The notes beneath the pieces are model-generated. The model was not told where the DNA came from. It worked only from the letters and a program-made list of their open reading frames with translations, and did no database searches. A stretch of DNA of 63,801 nt, the filler included, from Thermodesulfobacteriota bacterium (GTDB lineage Bacteria; DASVDK01), in NCBI GenBank assembly GCA_036381125.1. It is 7 parts of 7 records of this genome, joined end to end, with 100 filler letters (N's around TTAATTAATTAA, not from the genome) between each part and the next. Parts side by side here need not be neighbours in the genome. Positions count along the whole stretch, not along the records: positions 49,833 to 60,873 come from DASVDK010000190.1; 6 more parts are not named here. One strand, 5' to 3'. The stretch's first letter is position 1. Each line of letters begins with the position of its first letter. Below, in pieces: positions 49,898-59,241 of the stretch. The position numbers were made by a program, and so were the translations under genes.

Positions 49898-50830
49898 ATG
49901 AGCCGGTATCCTGCGTGCGTCACCGTCACGGACGTGGGGCCCCGAGACGGCCTGCAGAACGAGGCCGTCGCCCTGTCGACCGACGACAAGCTCCGGCTGG
50001 TCGAAGCGCTGGTGGAGGCCGGCGTCGGGCACGTCGAGGCCACGTCGTTCGTCCACCCGAAGTGGATCCCGCAGCTCGAGGACGCCGATCGGCTCTTCCC
50101 GCGCCTGCCGCGACGTGCGGGGGTCGTCTACAGCGCCCTCGTGCCGAACGATCGCGGCTACGAGCGGGCGCGCGCGGCGGGCTGCGACCACATCGTGGTC
50201 TTCCTGTCCGCCTCCGACAGCCACAACAGGGCGAACGTGAACCGCACCACCGAGCAGTCGCTCGACGCGCTCGAGCCGCTCGTCCGGCGCGCGAAGGCCG
50301 ACGGCGTGCACGTCCAGGCGGCCGTCTCCACCTCCTTCGGCTGCCCGTTCGAGGGGCGCGTGCCCGCCGACCGGGTGCTCGCGGTCGCCGGCCGGCTCGC
50401 CGCGGCGGGGGCCGACGCGGTGGGGCTCGCCGACACGGTGGGCCACGGCAACCCCGCGCAGGTCCGCGACCTCTTCGAGCGCGCCCGCGAGGTCCTGCCG
50501 GCCAGGGTGGAGCTGGTGGCGCACTTCCACGATACGCGCGGCCTGGGGCTCGCCAACGCGCTGGCCGCCCTCGAGGCGGGCGTCACCCACTTCGACGCCT
50601 CCATCGCGGGGCTCGGCGGCTGCCCCTACGCGCCGGGGGCGACCGGAAATATCGCCACCGAGGAGCTCGTCTACATGCTCGGCGAGATGGGCATCGAGAC
50701 GGGCATCGATCTGCCGGCGCTCCTCGAGGCGGCCGAGCTGGCCGACCGGCTCCTGGGGCGCCAGGCGCCCGGCCGGCTGCGGCGCGCCCTGCGGGCGGCG
50801 CGTAGCACGCCCCACGCGACCGCGTCCTGA
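49898..50830 (+). CDS. hydroxymethylglutaryl-CoA lyase
   Basis: VGPRDGLQNE, SFVHPKWIPQL, HFHDTRG and GGCPYAPGATGN motifs. Confidence 0.95.
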   Translation: MSRYPACVTVTDVGPRDGLQNEAVALSTDDKLRLVEALVEAGVGHVEATSFVHPKWIPQLEDADRLFPRLPRRAGVVYSALVPNDRGYERARAAGCDHIVVFLSASDSHNRANVNRTTEQSLDALEPLVRRAKADGVHVQAAVSTSFGCPFEGRVPADRVLAVAGRLAAAGADAVGLADTVGHGNPAQVRDLFERAREVLPARVELVAHFHDTRGLGLANALAALEAGVTHFDASIAGLGGCPYAPGATGNIATEELVYMLGEMGIETGIDLPALLEAAELADRLLGRQAPGRLRRALRAARSTPHATAS

Positions 50831-50844
50831 TCCCCACGGTCGGA

Positions 50845-50874
50845 TTGACACGCGCGCGGCGCCGGGGATATAGT
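50845..50874 (+). promoter_or_regulatory. sigma70-type promoter
   Basis: TTGACA-18 bp-TATAGT upstream of the LOG gene. Confidence 0.6.
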
Positions 50875-50959
50875 CCCGCGCTCTCGCCGGCTCGGCGGCA
50901 GGAGCCGTGCCGGCGGGCCCACGCGTGGCTGGTGCACGACGGAACGGAAAGCGACTGAG

Positions 50960-51565
50960 GTGACCATTCGAAGCATCTGTGTGTTCTGCGGGTCCATGCC
51001 GGGGGGCGATCCGGCCTTCGGTGAGGCGATCGCCGCCTTCGGCGGCGAGCTGGCGCGGCGCCGCATGCGTCTCGTCTACGGCGGCGGCAAGGTCGGACTC
51101 ATGGGGCGCGTGGCCGACGCGGCCCTCTCGGCGGGCGGGGAAGTCCTCGGCGTCATCCCCGACGCGCTCCTCCAGCGAGAGATCGGCCACGGCGGCGTCA
51201 CCGAGCTGCGCGTGGTGAGCACCATGCACGAGCGCAAGGCGCTCATGTTCGAGCAGAGCGACGCCTTCGTCGTCTTCCCCGGCGGCTACGGCACGCTCGA
51301 CGAGCTGTTCGAGATCACCACGTGGCGGCAGCTCGGGCTGCACGCGAAGCCGATCGTCCTCGTCAACGTGAACCGGGCGTTCGACCCGCTGGTGACGCTG
51401 GTCGAGCGGATGGCGGAGAACGGGTTCGTGCGGCCGCAGCACCGGCGGCTCATCGAGGTCGTGCCCGACGTGCCGAGCTGCTTCGCCTTCCTCGAGCGCT
51501 ATCGCCCGGAGCCGACCCCGCCGATCAGCTGGGTGGTGCCGAGCGGCAACGGCGTCGGATCCTGA
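50960..51565 (+). CDS. LOG family protein (TIGR00730-type)
   Basis: CVFCGS, VYGGG..GLMG, MHERK and PGGYGTLDE motifs. Confidence 0.95.
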   Translation: MTIRSICVFCGSMPGGDPAFGEAIAAFGGELARRRMRLVYGGGKVGLMGRVADAALSAGGEVLGVIPDALLQREIGHGGVTELRVVSTMHERKALMFEQSDAFVVFPGGYGTLDELFEITTWRQLGLHAKPIVLVNVNRAFDPLVTLVERMAENGFVRPQHRRLIEVVPDVPSCFAFLERYRPEPTPPISWVVPSGNGVGS

Positions 51566-51591
51566 CCGGACGGGAGCCTGAGCGCGACAAC

Positions 51592-51614
51592 GGGGTCAGG
51601 TCTTTCCGTTTTCC
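51592..51614 (-). repeat. REP-like unit
   Basis: GGGGTCAGGTCTTTCCGTTTTCC (one mismatch to consensus) between convergent genes. Confidence 0.8.
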
Positions 51615-51640
51615 CGGCGTGCCGCGCCGGCGCGGCAGCG

Positions 51641-52033
51641 TCAACGCCCGACCCCTTCCTCCTCGACGACGAGCTGCCGCACCCGGAGCCGGCCCACCTC
51701 GAGGTCGCCCACCCTGAGCTGGCCCACCTCGAGCCGCCGGACGCGCGCGCGGCCCACCGCGAGGGCGCCGATCGCCACGGCCCCGAACGCGATGGCGCCG
51801 AGCGCGACGGCGGCCACGGCCACGGCGCCGATGCCGACGGCCCCGGTGCCGGCGAGCCCCAGGGCCTGCGCGGGCACCACCTCGGCCGGCCGCGAGGGCG
51901 GGCGCCAGCCTTCCGGAACGGGCCCGTAGCCCTCCGCGCCCAGCACGACGACCTCCCCGCGTTCGCCCTCCTCGTCCCGCGAGCCCATCCGGCCGACGAG
52001 GCGATTCCAGAGTCGGTTCCCGGTATCCGTCAC
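51641..52033 (-). CDS. hypothetical protein with Gly/Ala hydrophobic stretch and LxV repeats
   Basis: GAIAFGAVAIGALAVG followed by RLEVGQLRVGDLEVGRLRV. Confidence 0.6.
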   Translation of the reverse strand: MTDTGNRLWNRLVGRMGSRDEEGERGEVVVLGAEGYGPVPEGWRPPSRPAEVVPAQALGLAGTGAVGIGAVAVAAVALGAIAFGAVAIGALAVGRARVRRLEVGQLRVGDLEVGRLRVRQLVVEEEGVGR

Positions 52034-52034
52034 G

Positions 52035-54155
52035 TCACGATCTCCCGAAGCGTTCGATGAGCTGCGGTAGCGCGGCCGGATCGGTGACCGGGGGCGCGCA
52101 CTGCACGCCGGCGCAGACGAAGGCCGTCGGCCCGGTCGCGGTCGCCACCATTCCCTGCACGGCCGCGGGGAGCCGGCCGATCTCGCCGGCGCCGCCCCCA
52201 GGGTGCACCACGGTCACCACCGTGCCGGGCCGTGTGGCGCCGAGCGCCGCGAGGTGGAGCCGTTCGGTCGCCGCGCCGCGCGGCCCGACGATCACCACGT
52301 GCGCCGGCTCGTCGAGCCACTCGTCGACGGCGAGGACATAGGTGGCCGCCATGAGGCCGTGGCTGCGCGCCGACCCGGCGAAGGCGGCGAGCGTCCGCTC
52401 GGCCTTCTCCCGATAGCCGGGCGCGCTCGTGTGGTGCCCGAGCCTGACCAGGACGCGGGCGAGCACCGCGTTGGCCGCCGGGCTCGGCGCGTCGGCGAAC
52501 GGTTTCGCGGCAAGCGCCGCGACGCCGGGTCTGGGCGACGCCTGGGCCGACGGGCTCGCGTCGCGCGCCACGTCGTAGCACCCGCCGCCGGCCTCGTCCC
52601 AGTACCGGGCGAGGACGTGGCTGGTGAGCGCCTCGGCGGCCGCGAGGAATCGCGCCTCGCCGGTGGTCTCGTACGCCCGCACCGCCGCCCACGCGACCTG
52701 CACCTGGTCGTCGAGGAACCCCTCGTGCAGGCCGCCCTCCGGCGTCAGCAGATGGTAGAGGCCGCCGTCCGGCGCACGGCCCTCGGCGAGGAGGCGGTCG
52801 AGCGTCTTCACGGCGAAGTCGCGGCAGTCCCGCCGGCCGAGGTGCGCCCAGGCGTCGAGGTAGGCCGCGGCCATCATCCCGTTCCAGGAGACGATGATCG
52901 ACGTGTCGATGTAGGGCGCCTTGCGCGCCTGCCTGGCGGCGAAGAGCTTGCGCGCCCCCGAGTCGAGGAGACGGCGCACCTCGTCCTCCGGTCTGCCGAG
53001 GCGGGCCGCGACGTCGGCCGGCTCCATGGCGAGGAAGAGGACGTTGCGCGACGGGTCGAGGTGCATCTCGCCGCGCGGGTGGATGTCGTAGCGGAGCTGG
53101 CAGGCGGCGAACTCCTCGGGCGTCAGCGCCGCCTGCGCCTCCTCGACCGTCCAGGTGAAGTAGTCGCCGTCGTCGTCCGTGCCGACGTCGGCGTCCTGGC
53201 TCGCGTAGAAGCCGCCGCGGTCGCGGTCGCTCCCCTCGCGATCGTAGTAGCCGACGATCGAGTCGGCCACCTGGCGGAAGAACGCCTCCCCCGTGAGGTG
53301 CGCGGCCTCCGCGTACACCGACAGGAGCGACGCGTTGTCGTAGAGCATCTTCTCGAAGTGCGGCACGATCCACCGCTCGTCCACCGAGTACCGGTGGAAG
53401 CCGCCGCCGAGCTGGTCGTAGACGCCGCCGCGCGCCATCTTCTCGAGCGTCGACGTGGCGACGGTCCGCATCCAGGCCTCCCCCGTGAGCGCCGCGCGGC
53501 GCAGGTAGAGCGCGAGGGCGCCGGGGTGGAAGAACTTGGGCTGGCGGCCGAACCCGCCGTAGGCGACGTCGTAGAGGTACCGGATGTCGTTGACCACGCC
53601 GTCCACGAGGTCCGTCGAGACCGTCCCCGGCTGCTCGGCGCTGCGGAGATGCTCGCCGATGGCGCGGAACACCTCGTCGGCCTGCGCCTCGGCGCGGGCG
53701 CGCTGGGTGCGGTAGAAGTCCGCCGCCGCCCGCAGGACGGTGCGGAATCCGGGGCGGCCGTGCATGTCGGTGGGCGGGAAGTAGGTGCCCCCGTAGAACA
53801 CCTTGCCGTCGGGCGTGAGGAACGCCGTGAGCGGCCACCCCCCCTGCTGCGCGATCGCCTGGACGGCCACCTGGTAGCGGCTGTCGATGTCGGGACGCTC
53901 GTCGCGGTCGACCTTGATGGCGACGAAGTGCTCGTTGATGAGGCGGGCGGTCTCGGGGTCGTCGTACGACTCGCGGTCGATGACGTGGCACCAGTGGCAC
54001 CAGACGGCGCCGATGTCGAGCAGGACCGGGCGGTCCTCCGCCCTCGCACGGGCGAAGGCCTCCTCGCCCCACGGGTACCAGTGGACCGGCTGGTGGGCGG
54101 CGGACCTGAGGTAGGGACTCGTCTGCGTCGCGAGGCGGTTCGTCGTCTCGGGCAT
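52035..54155 (-). CDS. thioredoxin-domain protein YyaL/SSP411 (DUF255)
   Basis: NRLA..SPYL, WCHWCH, KVDRDERPDID and PHFEKMLYDN motifs. Confidence 0.95.
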   Translation of the reverse strand: MPETTNRLATQTSPYLRSAAHQPVHWYPWGEEAFARARAEDRPVLLDIGAVWCHWCHVIDRESYDDPETARLINEHFVAIKVDRDERPDIDSRYQVAVQAIAQQGGWPLTAFLTPDGKVFYGGTYFPPTDMHGRPGFRTVLRAAADFYRTQRARAEAQADEVFRAIGEHLRSAEQPGTVSTDLVDGVVNDIRYLYDVAYGGFGRQPKFFHPGALALYLRRAALTGEAWMRTVATSTLEKMARGGVYDQLGGGFHRYSVDERWIVPHFEKMLYDNASLLSVYAEAAHLTGEAFFRQVADSIVGYYDREGSDRDRGGFYASQDADVGTDDDGDYFTWTVEEAQAALTPEEFAACQLRYDIHPRGEMHLDPSRNVLFLAMEPADVAARLGRPEDEVRRLLDSGARKLFAARQARKAPYIDTSIIVSWNGMMAAAYLDAWAHLGRRDCRDFAVKTLDRLLAEGRAPDGGLYHLLTPEGGLHEGFLDDQVQVAWAAVRAYETTGEARFLAAAEALTSHVLARYWDEAGGGCYDVARDASPSAQASPRPGVAALAAKPFADAPSPAANAVLARVLVRLGHHTSAPGYREKAERTLAAFAGSARSHGLMAATYVLAVDEWLDEPAHVVIVGPRGAATERLHLAALGATRPGTVVTVVHPGGGAGEIGRLPAAVQGMVATATGPTAFVCAGVQCAPPVTDPAALPQLIERFGRS

Positions 54156-54225
54156 GGGCGGCTCCTCGCCAAAGCGTGCATGCTAGCACGCGTGTTACGA
54201 TGGCCCGCGATCGGGAGGGGGACGG

Positions 54226-55017
54226 ATGGACCTCGGACTCAAGGGCAAGGTAGCCGTGGTGGCGGGCGCGTCGAAGGGGATGGGGCGGGCGATCGCTCGG
54301 GGGCTCGCCGCCGAGGGGGCGGCGGTCGCCCTCCTCGCGCGCGATCCGGCCACGCTCGAGCGTGCCGCCTCGGACGTCGCGCGGGCCACCGGGTCGAGCA
54401 CGCTGCCGCTGCCGACCGACGTGACGCGGCGCGACCAGATCGAGCGTGCCGTTGCCGCCACGCTCGAGCGCTTCGGTCGCCTCGACATCCTCGTCACCAA
54501 CGGCGGCGGACCGCCCCCCGGGACGTTCGAGACCGCGACGGACGAGCAGTGGCAGGCGGCCTTCGAGCTGAACCTGCTCTCGACGGTCCGGCTGATCCGC
54601 GCGGCGCTGCCCCACCTCGCGCGCTCGGGCGCGGGCCGGATCGTCAACGTGCAGTCCACCTCCATCAAGCAGCCGATCCCCGGGCTCATGCTCTCGAACG
54701 GGATCCGCCCCGGCGTGCAGGGCCTCGCGCGGACGCTGGCCGACGAGATCGCCCGCAGGGGCGTCACGATCAACACCGTCTGCCCGGGGCGCATCAAGAC
54801 CGACCGCTTCGAGTCGCTCCTCGCAAGCCGGATGAAGGCCTGGGGCGTCTCGCGCGAGGAGGCGCTGCGGCGCGAGGAGGAGACGATCCCGATGGGCTAC
54901 GCCGGCGAGCCCGAGGACGTCGCGCACGTGGTCGTCTTCCTCTGCTCGGACCGGGCGCGCTACGTGACCGGCCAGTCCATTGCCGTGGACGGCGGCGTCA
55001 CCCGGGGCTCCTATTGA
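54226..55017 (+). CDS. SDR family oxidoreductase
   Basis: GASKGMG, NGGGPPPG and DGG motifs. Confidence 0.93.
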   Translation: MDLGLKGKVAVVAGASKGMGRAIARGLAAEGAAVALLARDPATLERAASDVARATGSSTLPLPTDVTRRDQIERAVAATLERFGRLDILVTNGGGPPPGTFETATDEQWQAAFELNLLSTVRLIRAALPHLARSGAGRIVNVQSTSIKQPIPGLMLSNGIRPGVQGLARTLADEIARRGVTINTVCPGRIKTDRFESLLASRMKAWGVSREEALRREEETIPMGYAGEPEDVAHVVVFLCSDRARYVTGQSIAVDGGVTRGSY

Positions 55018-55123
55018 TTCCCCGGCCGCGCGCCGTCCGCTCCGCCGCGGCCGAGCCGCGGCTCCGCTCCTCCGGGGCTTCGCCCCGGACCCCGACCACC
55101 GGAGCGCGGCCGGGGCCCCCGAG

Positions 55124-55732
55124 GTGATCAGGCTGATGCTCGTGCGGCACGGTCAGGTGCCGGGCGCGGCCGGCGCCTTCCCGGCGGCCGGCGCGCGCCT
55201 CACGGCCGAGGGGCGGGCCGCGGTGTCGGCCCTCGCGGCCGCGCTGGCCGCGGCCGACGTGCGTCCCGCCGCGCTCTGGACGAGCGACCTGCCGCGAGCC
55301 GTCGAGACCGCCGAGCTCCTCGGGGCCGCCCTCGGCGTGCGGCCGCGGCTCGAGCCGCGGCTGCGCGAGGCCGACCCGGGCGCCTGGAGCGGGCGCACGT
55401 CGGCCGCCCTCGCCGCCGAGCGGCCGGCGGAGGTCTCCGCCTGGCTCGCGAACCTGGCCGGCTACGCGCCGCCGGGAGGGGAGTCGCTGGCCGAGGCGGC
55501 CGCGCGCGTGCGCGAGGCGACGGCCGCGCTCCTCGAGGCGCCGGCAGGGCAAGGCCCCCGCCTGGTCGTGACGCATTCCTGGGCCGTGCGGGTCCTGCTG
55601 GCCGACGCGCTCGGCCTGCCGCTCCCTCGCGCGCTCGCGATCCGCGTGGAGCCGGCGTCGTTGACCCTGCTCGACCGCTACGACGACGGCGTCTGGGCCG
55701 TCGGCCCCGTCGGCTGGCGGCCGTGTCTGTAA
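55124..55732 (+). CDS. histidine phosphatase, probable alpha-ribazole phosphatase (CobC-like)
   Basis: RHG, SDLPRA, PGGES and VTH motifs; overlaps cobS. Confidence 0.75.
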   Translation: MIRLMLVRHGQVPGAAGAFPAAGARLTAEGRAAVSALAAALAAADVRPAALWTSDLPRAVETAELLGAALGVRPRLEPRLREADPGAWSGRTSAALAAERPAEVSAWLANLAGYAPPGGESLAEAAARVREATAALLEAPAGQGPRLVVTHSWAVRVLLADALGLPLPRALAIRVEPASLTLLDRYDDGVWAVGPVGWRPCL

Positions 55733-56499
55733 GCCCGGTGCCCGATCCCTTGCCCGCCTGGTGGCGTCCCGTCGTGGCGCTGCACGTCCTCACGCGCTTC
55801 CCGTACCCGCGCGACCTGCGCCCGGCTCCGGTCGACCTCGGCCGCTCGATGGCCTGGTTCCCCGCGGTCGGGGCCCTTCTCGGCGCCGGCCTCGCGGCGG
55901 CGCACGCGCTGCTCGCCCCCTGGCTGCCGCCCCTCGCCCTGGCGCCGCTGCTCCTCGCCGGCCTCGCGTTCGCGACCAACGCCTTCCACCTCGACGGCGT
56001 CGCCGACGCGGCCGACGGTCTGGGCGGCGGGTTCACGCGGGACGACGCCCTGCGAATCATGCGCGACAGCCGCATCGGCGCGTTCGGGGCGATCGCCGTG
56101 GCGCTGCTCCTCCTCGTCCAGGCGGGAGCGCTCGCCGCGCTGCCGCCCGAGCACGCCCTGGGCGCCCTCGTGGCCGGACCGACGGTCGGCCGGCTCGCGG
56201 CCGTCGGGCTGGCGCACGTGCTGCCCTACGCGCGCGACGGCGGCGGGCTCGGGTCGCCCTTCGCGGCGCACGCCCGGCGGCGCGACCTCGTGCCGGCCGC
56301 GGGGGTCGGCGTGGGGACGGCGCTCCTCGCGATGGGGCCGACGCGCGGGGCCGCGGCGCTCGCCGCCGCGGGGCTCGTGGCGGTCGTCGTGGGGCGCCTC
56401 GCACGGCGGCGCCTCGGCGGGGTCACCGGCGACCTGCTCGGCTGCGCGACCGAGTGGGCGACCGCCGCCGTCTGGCTGGTCGCCGCCGCGCGAGGATAG
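55723..56499 (+). CDS. cobS: adenosylcobinamide-GDP ribazoletransferase
   Basis: LTRFP, HLDGVADAADG, IMRDSRIG and GGVTGD motifs. Confidence 0.93.
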   Translation: MSVSPVPDPLPAWWRPVVALHVLTRFPYPRDLRPAPVDLGRSMAWFPAVGALLGAGLAAAHALLAPWLPPLALAPLLLAGLAFATNAFHLDGVADAADGLGGGFTRDDALRIMRDSRIGAFGAIAVALLLLVQAGALAALPPEHALGALVAGPTVGRLAAVGLAHVLPYARDGGGLGSPFAAHARRRDLVPAAGVGVGTALLAMGPTRGAAALAAAGLVAVVVGRLARRRLGGVTGDLLGCATEWATAAVWLVAAARG

Positions 56500-56556
56500 A
56501 GCAAGGTGCTCCTTCGCTTGACAGCCGCGCTCGGGCCCGGTAGCGTCCGCAGCCCC

Positions 56557-57102
56557 ATGTCCGGGTCGACCTGCCTGCGCTGCCACCAGAGCCTCGGGCC
56601 CGAACTGCCCGCGTGGCACGACGACCGCGGCGAGCCGCTCTGCGTGCCGTGCGCCATGGGCCTCGTGCTGCCCGACCGTCCCGCGGGCGCCGACGCCCCC
56701 GCGTCGCCGCGTTTCGCGCTGCCGCCCGCGGTGGCGGGCGCGATCAGCGCGGAGATCGACCTCGGCACCGGGCGCACCTGGCCGGTCGCCATCGTGGAGT
56801 TCAGCGTGGAGGGGATGCGACTCGACACGCCGGTCCCCTTCGCCGTCGGGACGCCGGCCGTGGTGGTGCTGCGCGACCGGGCGGGTCAGGTCGCGCCCGC
56901 GGTCTTCGCCGTGGAGGTGCGCTGGGTGCGGCCGTCGCCGGCGGGCCGCGGCCTGGTCGGCGTGCGCGTCATCGCCGGCGTCGACGGCCACCACGCGGCG
57001 TTCCTCTCGAGGCTCCTGGAGCGGGTGGCGGCCTCGAAAGGAGGACGCCGAAGCCCGGAACCGTCTTCGGCGCGCGATCGTTCGGCGCGCGATCGAACGT
57101 GA
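56557..57102 (+). CDS. zinc-finger plus PilZ-like protein
   Basis: CLRC..CVPC N-terminus; FSVEGMRL and VEVRWV..GVR beta-barrel pattern. Confidence 0.6.
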   Translation: MSGSTCLRCHQSLGPELPAWHDDRGEPLCVPCAMGLVLPDRPAGADAPASPRFALPPAVAGAISAEIDLGTGRTWPVAIVEFSVEGMRLDTPVPFAVGTPAVVVLRDRAGQVAPAVFAVEVRWVRPSPAGRGLVGVRVIAGVDGHHAAFLSRLLERVAASKGGRRSPEPSSARDRSARDRT

Positions 57103-57124
57103 CGGCGTCTCGGCAGCCGGCGAG

Positions 57125-57300
57125 GATGCTCGCGCCTGGCGATCGGGCAGTCCGCGTCGTCCCCCTTCGGTTCCCGGACGTCGTCCGGAGCGGCCGTTGC
57201 GGCGCTCCGGTCCTCGATCTCCAACGCCGGCGTATTCATCTCGTCGATCGAGACCGGCCGCCGACCCTTGCGATGGACGATCCCTTTCGGGTCCCGAACC
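57125..57300 (-). pseudogene. decayed AbrB-antitoxin/PIN-toxin remnant
   Basis: KGIVHRKGRRPVSIDEMN (AbrB C-terminus-like) is fused to LEIEDR..A.DD.R..KGD.ADC.I (PIN C-terminus-like). Confidence 0.45.
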
Positions 57301-57471
57301 CCCCCTTGACGAGGCGACGGTGTCATCCGGCCCGCGCGCGGAAGGCCGCGCGGTAGCCGGCCGCGCGGGGAGTGCCGCACGGCCGGCGAGGCAAGCCAAC
57401 AGCCCGAAATTGCGCGGGAAACGGTGGCCGAGCCCGCATTGCGCCCCCCGGCGGTTGCGGTAGGATGGCGT

Positions 57472-58227
57472 ATGGCGCCGGCCTGGGTCTACGAGCAGGC
57501 GGAGTGTCGCGTCGCGAGCCGCCCCGGGGCCGGCGGCGAGCCGGCCGCCGACGATCACGAGGCGCTCTCGCGCCTGCTCCTGCGGGCCATGGCGGGCATC
57601 CCTCTGCGGGGAGCCCTGGCGCTCGACGTGGGCACGGGGCGCGGTCGCCTCGCCTTCGTCCTGGCGGCACGGGCGAGTCGCGTGGTGGGAGCCGACCGGG
57701 ACGCGGCGGCGGTGGCCGCGGCGAGGGCCGAGGCGGCGGCCCGGGGCCTCGGCCACGTCACGTTCGTCGAGGCCGACGTGGAGGCCGAGGCGACCGACTA
57801 CCGCGCCCTGGCGGGCGGCGCGCCCGACGTCGTGGCGGCGCACCTCTGCCTCTCGGACGCGATCCTCGCCAAGGCGGCGAGGGCGCTTGCGCCGGGCGGC
57901 CTGGTGGCGGTGGCCGGCTTCCACGCCGACCAGTGGCGCGAGACCGGCGTCCGCTCGCGATTCGCCTACGACGAGCGGGGGCTCGAGGCGGCCCTCGAGG
58001 CGGCCGGGCTCGAGGCGCGGTTCCTCGGCGTCGAGCGCACGGTGCTCGACTTCGGCGACGACCCGATGGCGCCGCGCGACTACCTCGCCGCCACCGGCCT
58101 CGCCGAACGCTTCGCGGCGAGCGGCCGGCTCGAGGGCTTCGAGGCCTACCTGGCCTCCGGAGGCCGGCGCCTGACGACGCAGGCCCGCGTGGTGGCCGTT
58201 GCCGCCCCGCGGGCGCGGAACCGGTAG
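57472..58227 (+). CDS. class I SAM-dependent methyltransferase
   Basis: ALDVGTGRG, VVGAD and LAPGG motifs. Confidence 0.85.
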   Translation: MAPAWVYEQAECRVASRPGAGGEPAADDHEALSRLLLRAMAGIPLRGALALDVGTGRGRLAFVLAARASRVVGADRDAAAVAAARAEAAARGLGHVTFVEADVEAEATDYRALAGGAPDVVAAHLCLSDAILAKAARALAPGGLVAVAGFHADQWRETGVRSRFAYDERGLEAALEAAGLEARFLGVERTVLDFGDDPMAPRDYLAATGLAERFAASGRLEGFEAYLASGGRRLTTQARVVAVAAPRARNR

Positions 58228-58260
58228 CGCAACGACGCTGGACGGAGAGGACGACGCGAG

Positions 58261-58524
58261 ATGCCCATCTTCGAGTACCGCTGTCACCAGTGCGGTCGTC
58301 GCTTCGAGACGTTGCTGTCGCGGGCGGAGGCGGAGGCCGCCCAGCCCTGCCCCGCGTGCGGCGCCGCGGTGGGCGGCAAGGACCGGCCGCAAGACCGCCT
58401 GCTCTCGGTGTTCGCGGCCACGGGCGGCGCCGAGCGCGAAGGCGCGGGGGTGCTCCCGATGGCGGGCGGGTGCGGGCAGGGGGCCTGCGCCGCCGGCGCG
58501 GGCGGCGGTTTCGGCGGCGGCTGA
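58261..58524 (+). CDS. FmdB family zinc-ribbon protein
   Basis: MPIFEYRCHQCGRRFE..CPACG with a C-terminal CxxxxC. Confidence 0.9.
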   Translation: MPIFEYRCHQCGRRFETLLSRAEAEAAQPCPACGAAVGGKDRPQDRLLSVFAATGGAEREGAGVLPMAGGCGQGACAAGAGGGFGGG

Positions 58525-58576
58525 GCGGCCTCGTAGCCGGCGCGGTGCGCCGGCCCGAGACGATCGGGAGAGCGAG

Positions 58577-59239
58577 ATGAGCCTGGCAACGGCAACGACG
58601 CCGGTGACGGTGACCGTCTTCTCGGACTACGTCTGACCCTGGTGCTATGTCGCGGCGGTCCGCCTGCGACGGATCGAGGCCCGCTTCGGCGACGCCGTGC
58701 GGGTCGCCTGGAAAGCGTTCATCCTGCGCGACGAGGACCCGACCGCGGCGTTCAACGAGTACCGCCGCGCCCACTGGGCCCGGGCCGACGCGTACGAGCC
58801 CGAGGCGCGCTTCGTCCCCTGGCGCGGCGCGGCGCGGTTTCCCACCTGGGGCGTCCCGGCGCTGCTCGGCTCGAAGGCCGCCGAGCGGCAGGGGCGCTTC
58901 GACCCCTTCCACATGGCCTGCTTCAAGGCGATGTTCACCGACAGCCGCGACATCTCCGACCCCGAGGTGCTGACCGCCATCGCGCGGGAGGCCGGTCTCG
59001 ACCCCGCTCGCTTCGCCGCCGACCTGGCGGACCCGGAGCTGCGGCGCGCGGTCCTGGCCGACCACCGGGAGGCGGTCGAGCGCTACGGTGTGCGGGCGAT
59101 CCCGACGGTGGTCATCGGTGAGCGGGTGATCGAGGGGGCGGTGCCCGAGGACGTCTACGGGCGGGCCATCGAGACCGCGCGCCGCGGCGCGTCCGTTCCG
59201 TGCGAGTCCGGGCCGGCCGATCGGCCCGGGGAGGTGTGA
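58577..59239 (+). CDS. DsbA/FrnE family oxidoreductase, probable selenoprotein (Sec at codon 20)
   Basis: VTVFSDYV-TGA-PWCY continues in frame to GVRAIPT..IEGAVP; 220 aa if UGA is decoded. Confidence 0.85.
58649..58670 (+). promoter_or_regulatory. candidate bacterial SECIS hairpin
   Basis: GTCGC-GGCG-GTC-CGCC-T-GCGAC: 9-bp stem with a bulged U and G-containing apical loop, starting 12 nt after the TGA. Confidence 0.65.
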
Positions 59240-59241
59240 GC

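Noticed and set aside
55020-55120. Cobalamin riboswitch upstream of cobC-cobS
   Set aside because: Only GC-rich hairpins (including GGGGCTTCGCCCC) are present; no B12-box or GGGAA core was seen and the region is too short.
52030-55127. Very long Arg/Pro/Gly-rich ORFs (965 aa, 974 aa and many similar across the window)
   Set aside because: They are shadow or antisense frames of real genes in high-GC DNA and carry no motifs.
58634-58636. Nonsense mutation making the DsbA gene a pseudogene
   Set aside because: The stop falls exactly on the catalytic Cys position, a hairpin follows and the rest is intact, so Sec is more parsimonious, though unproven.
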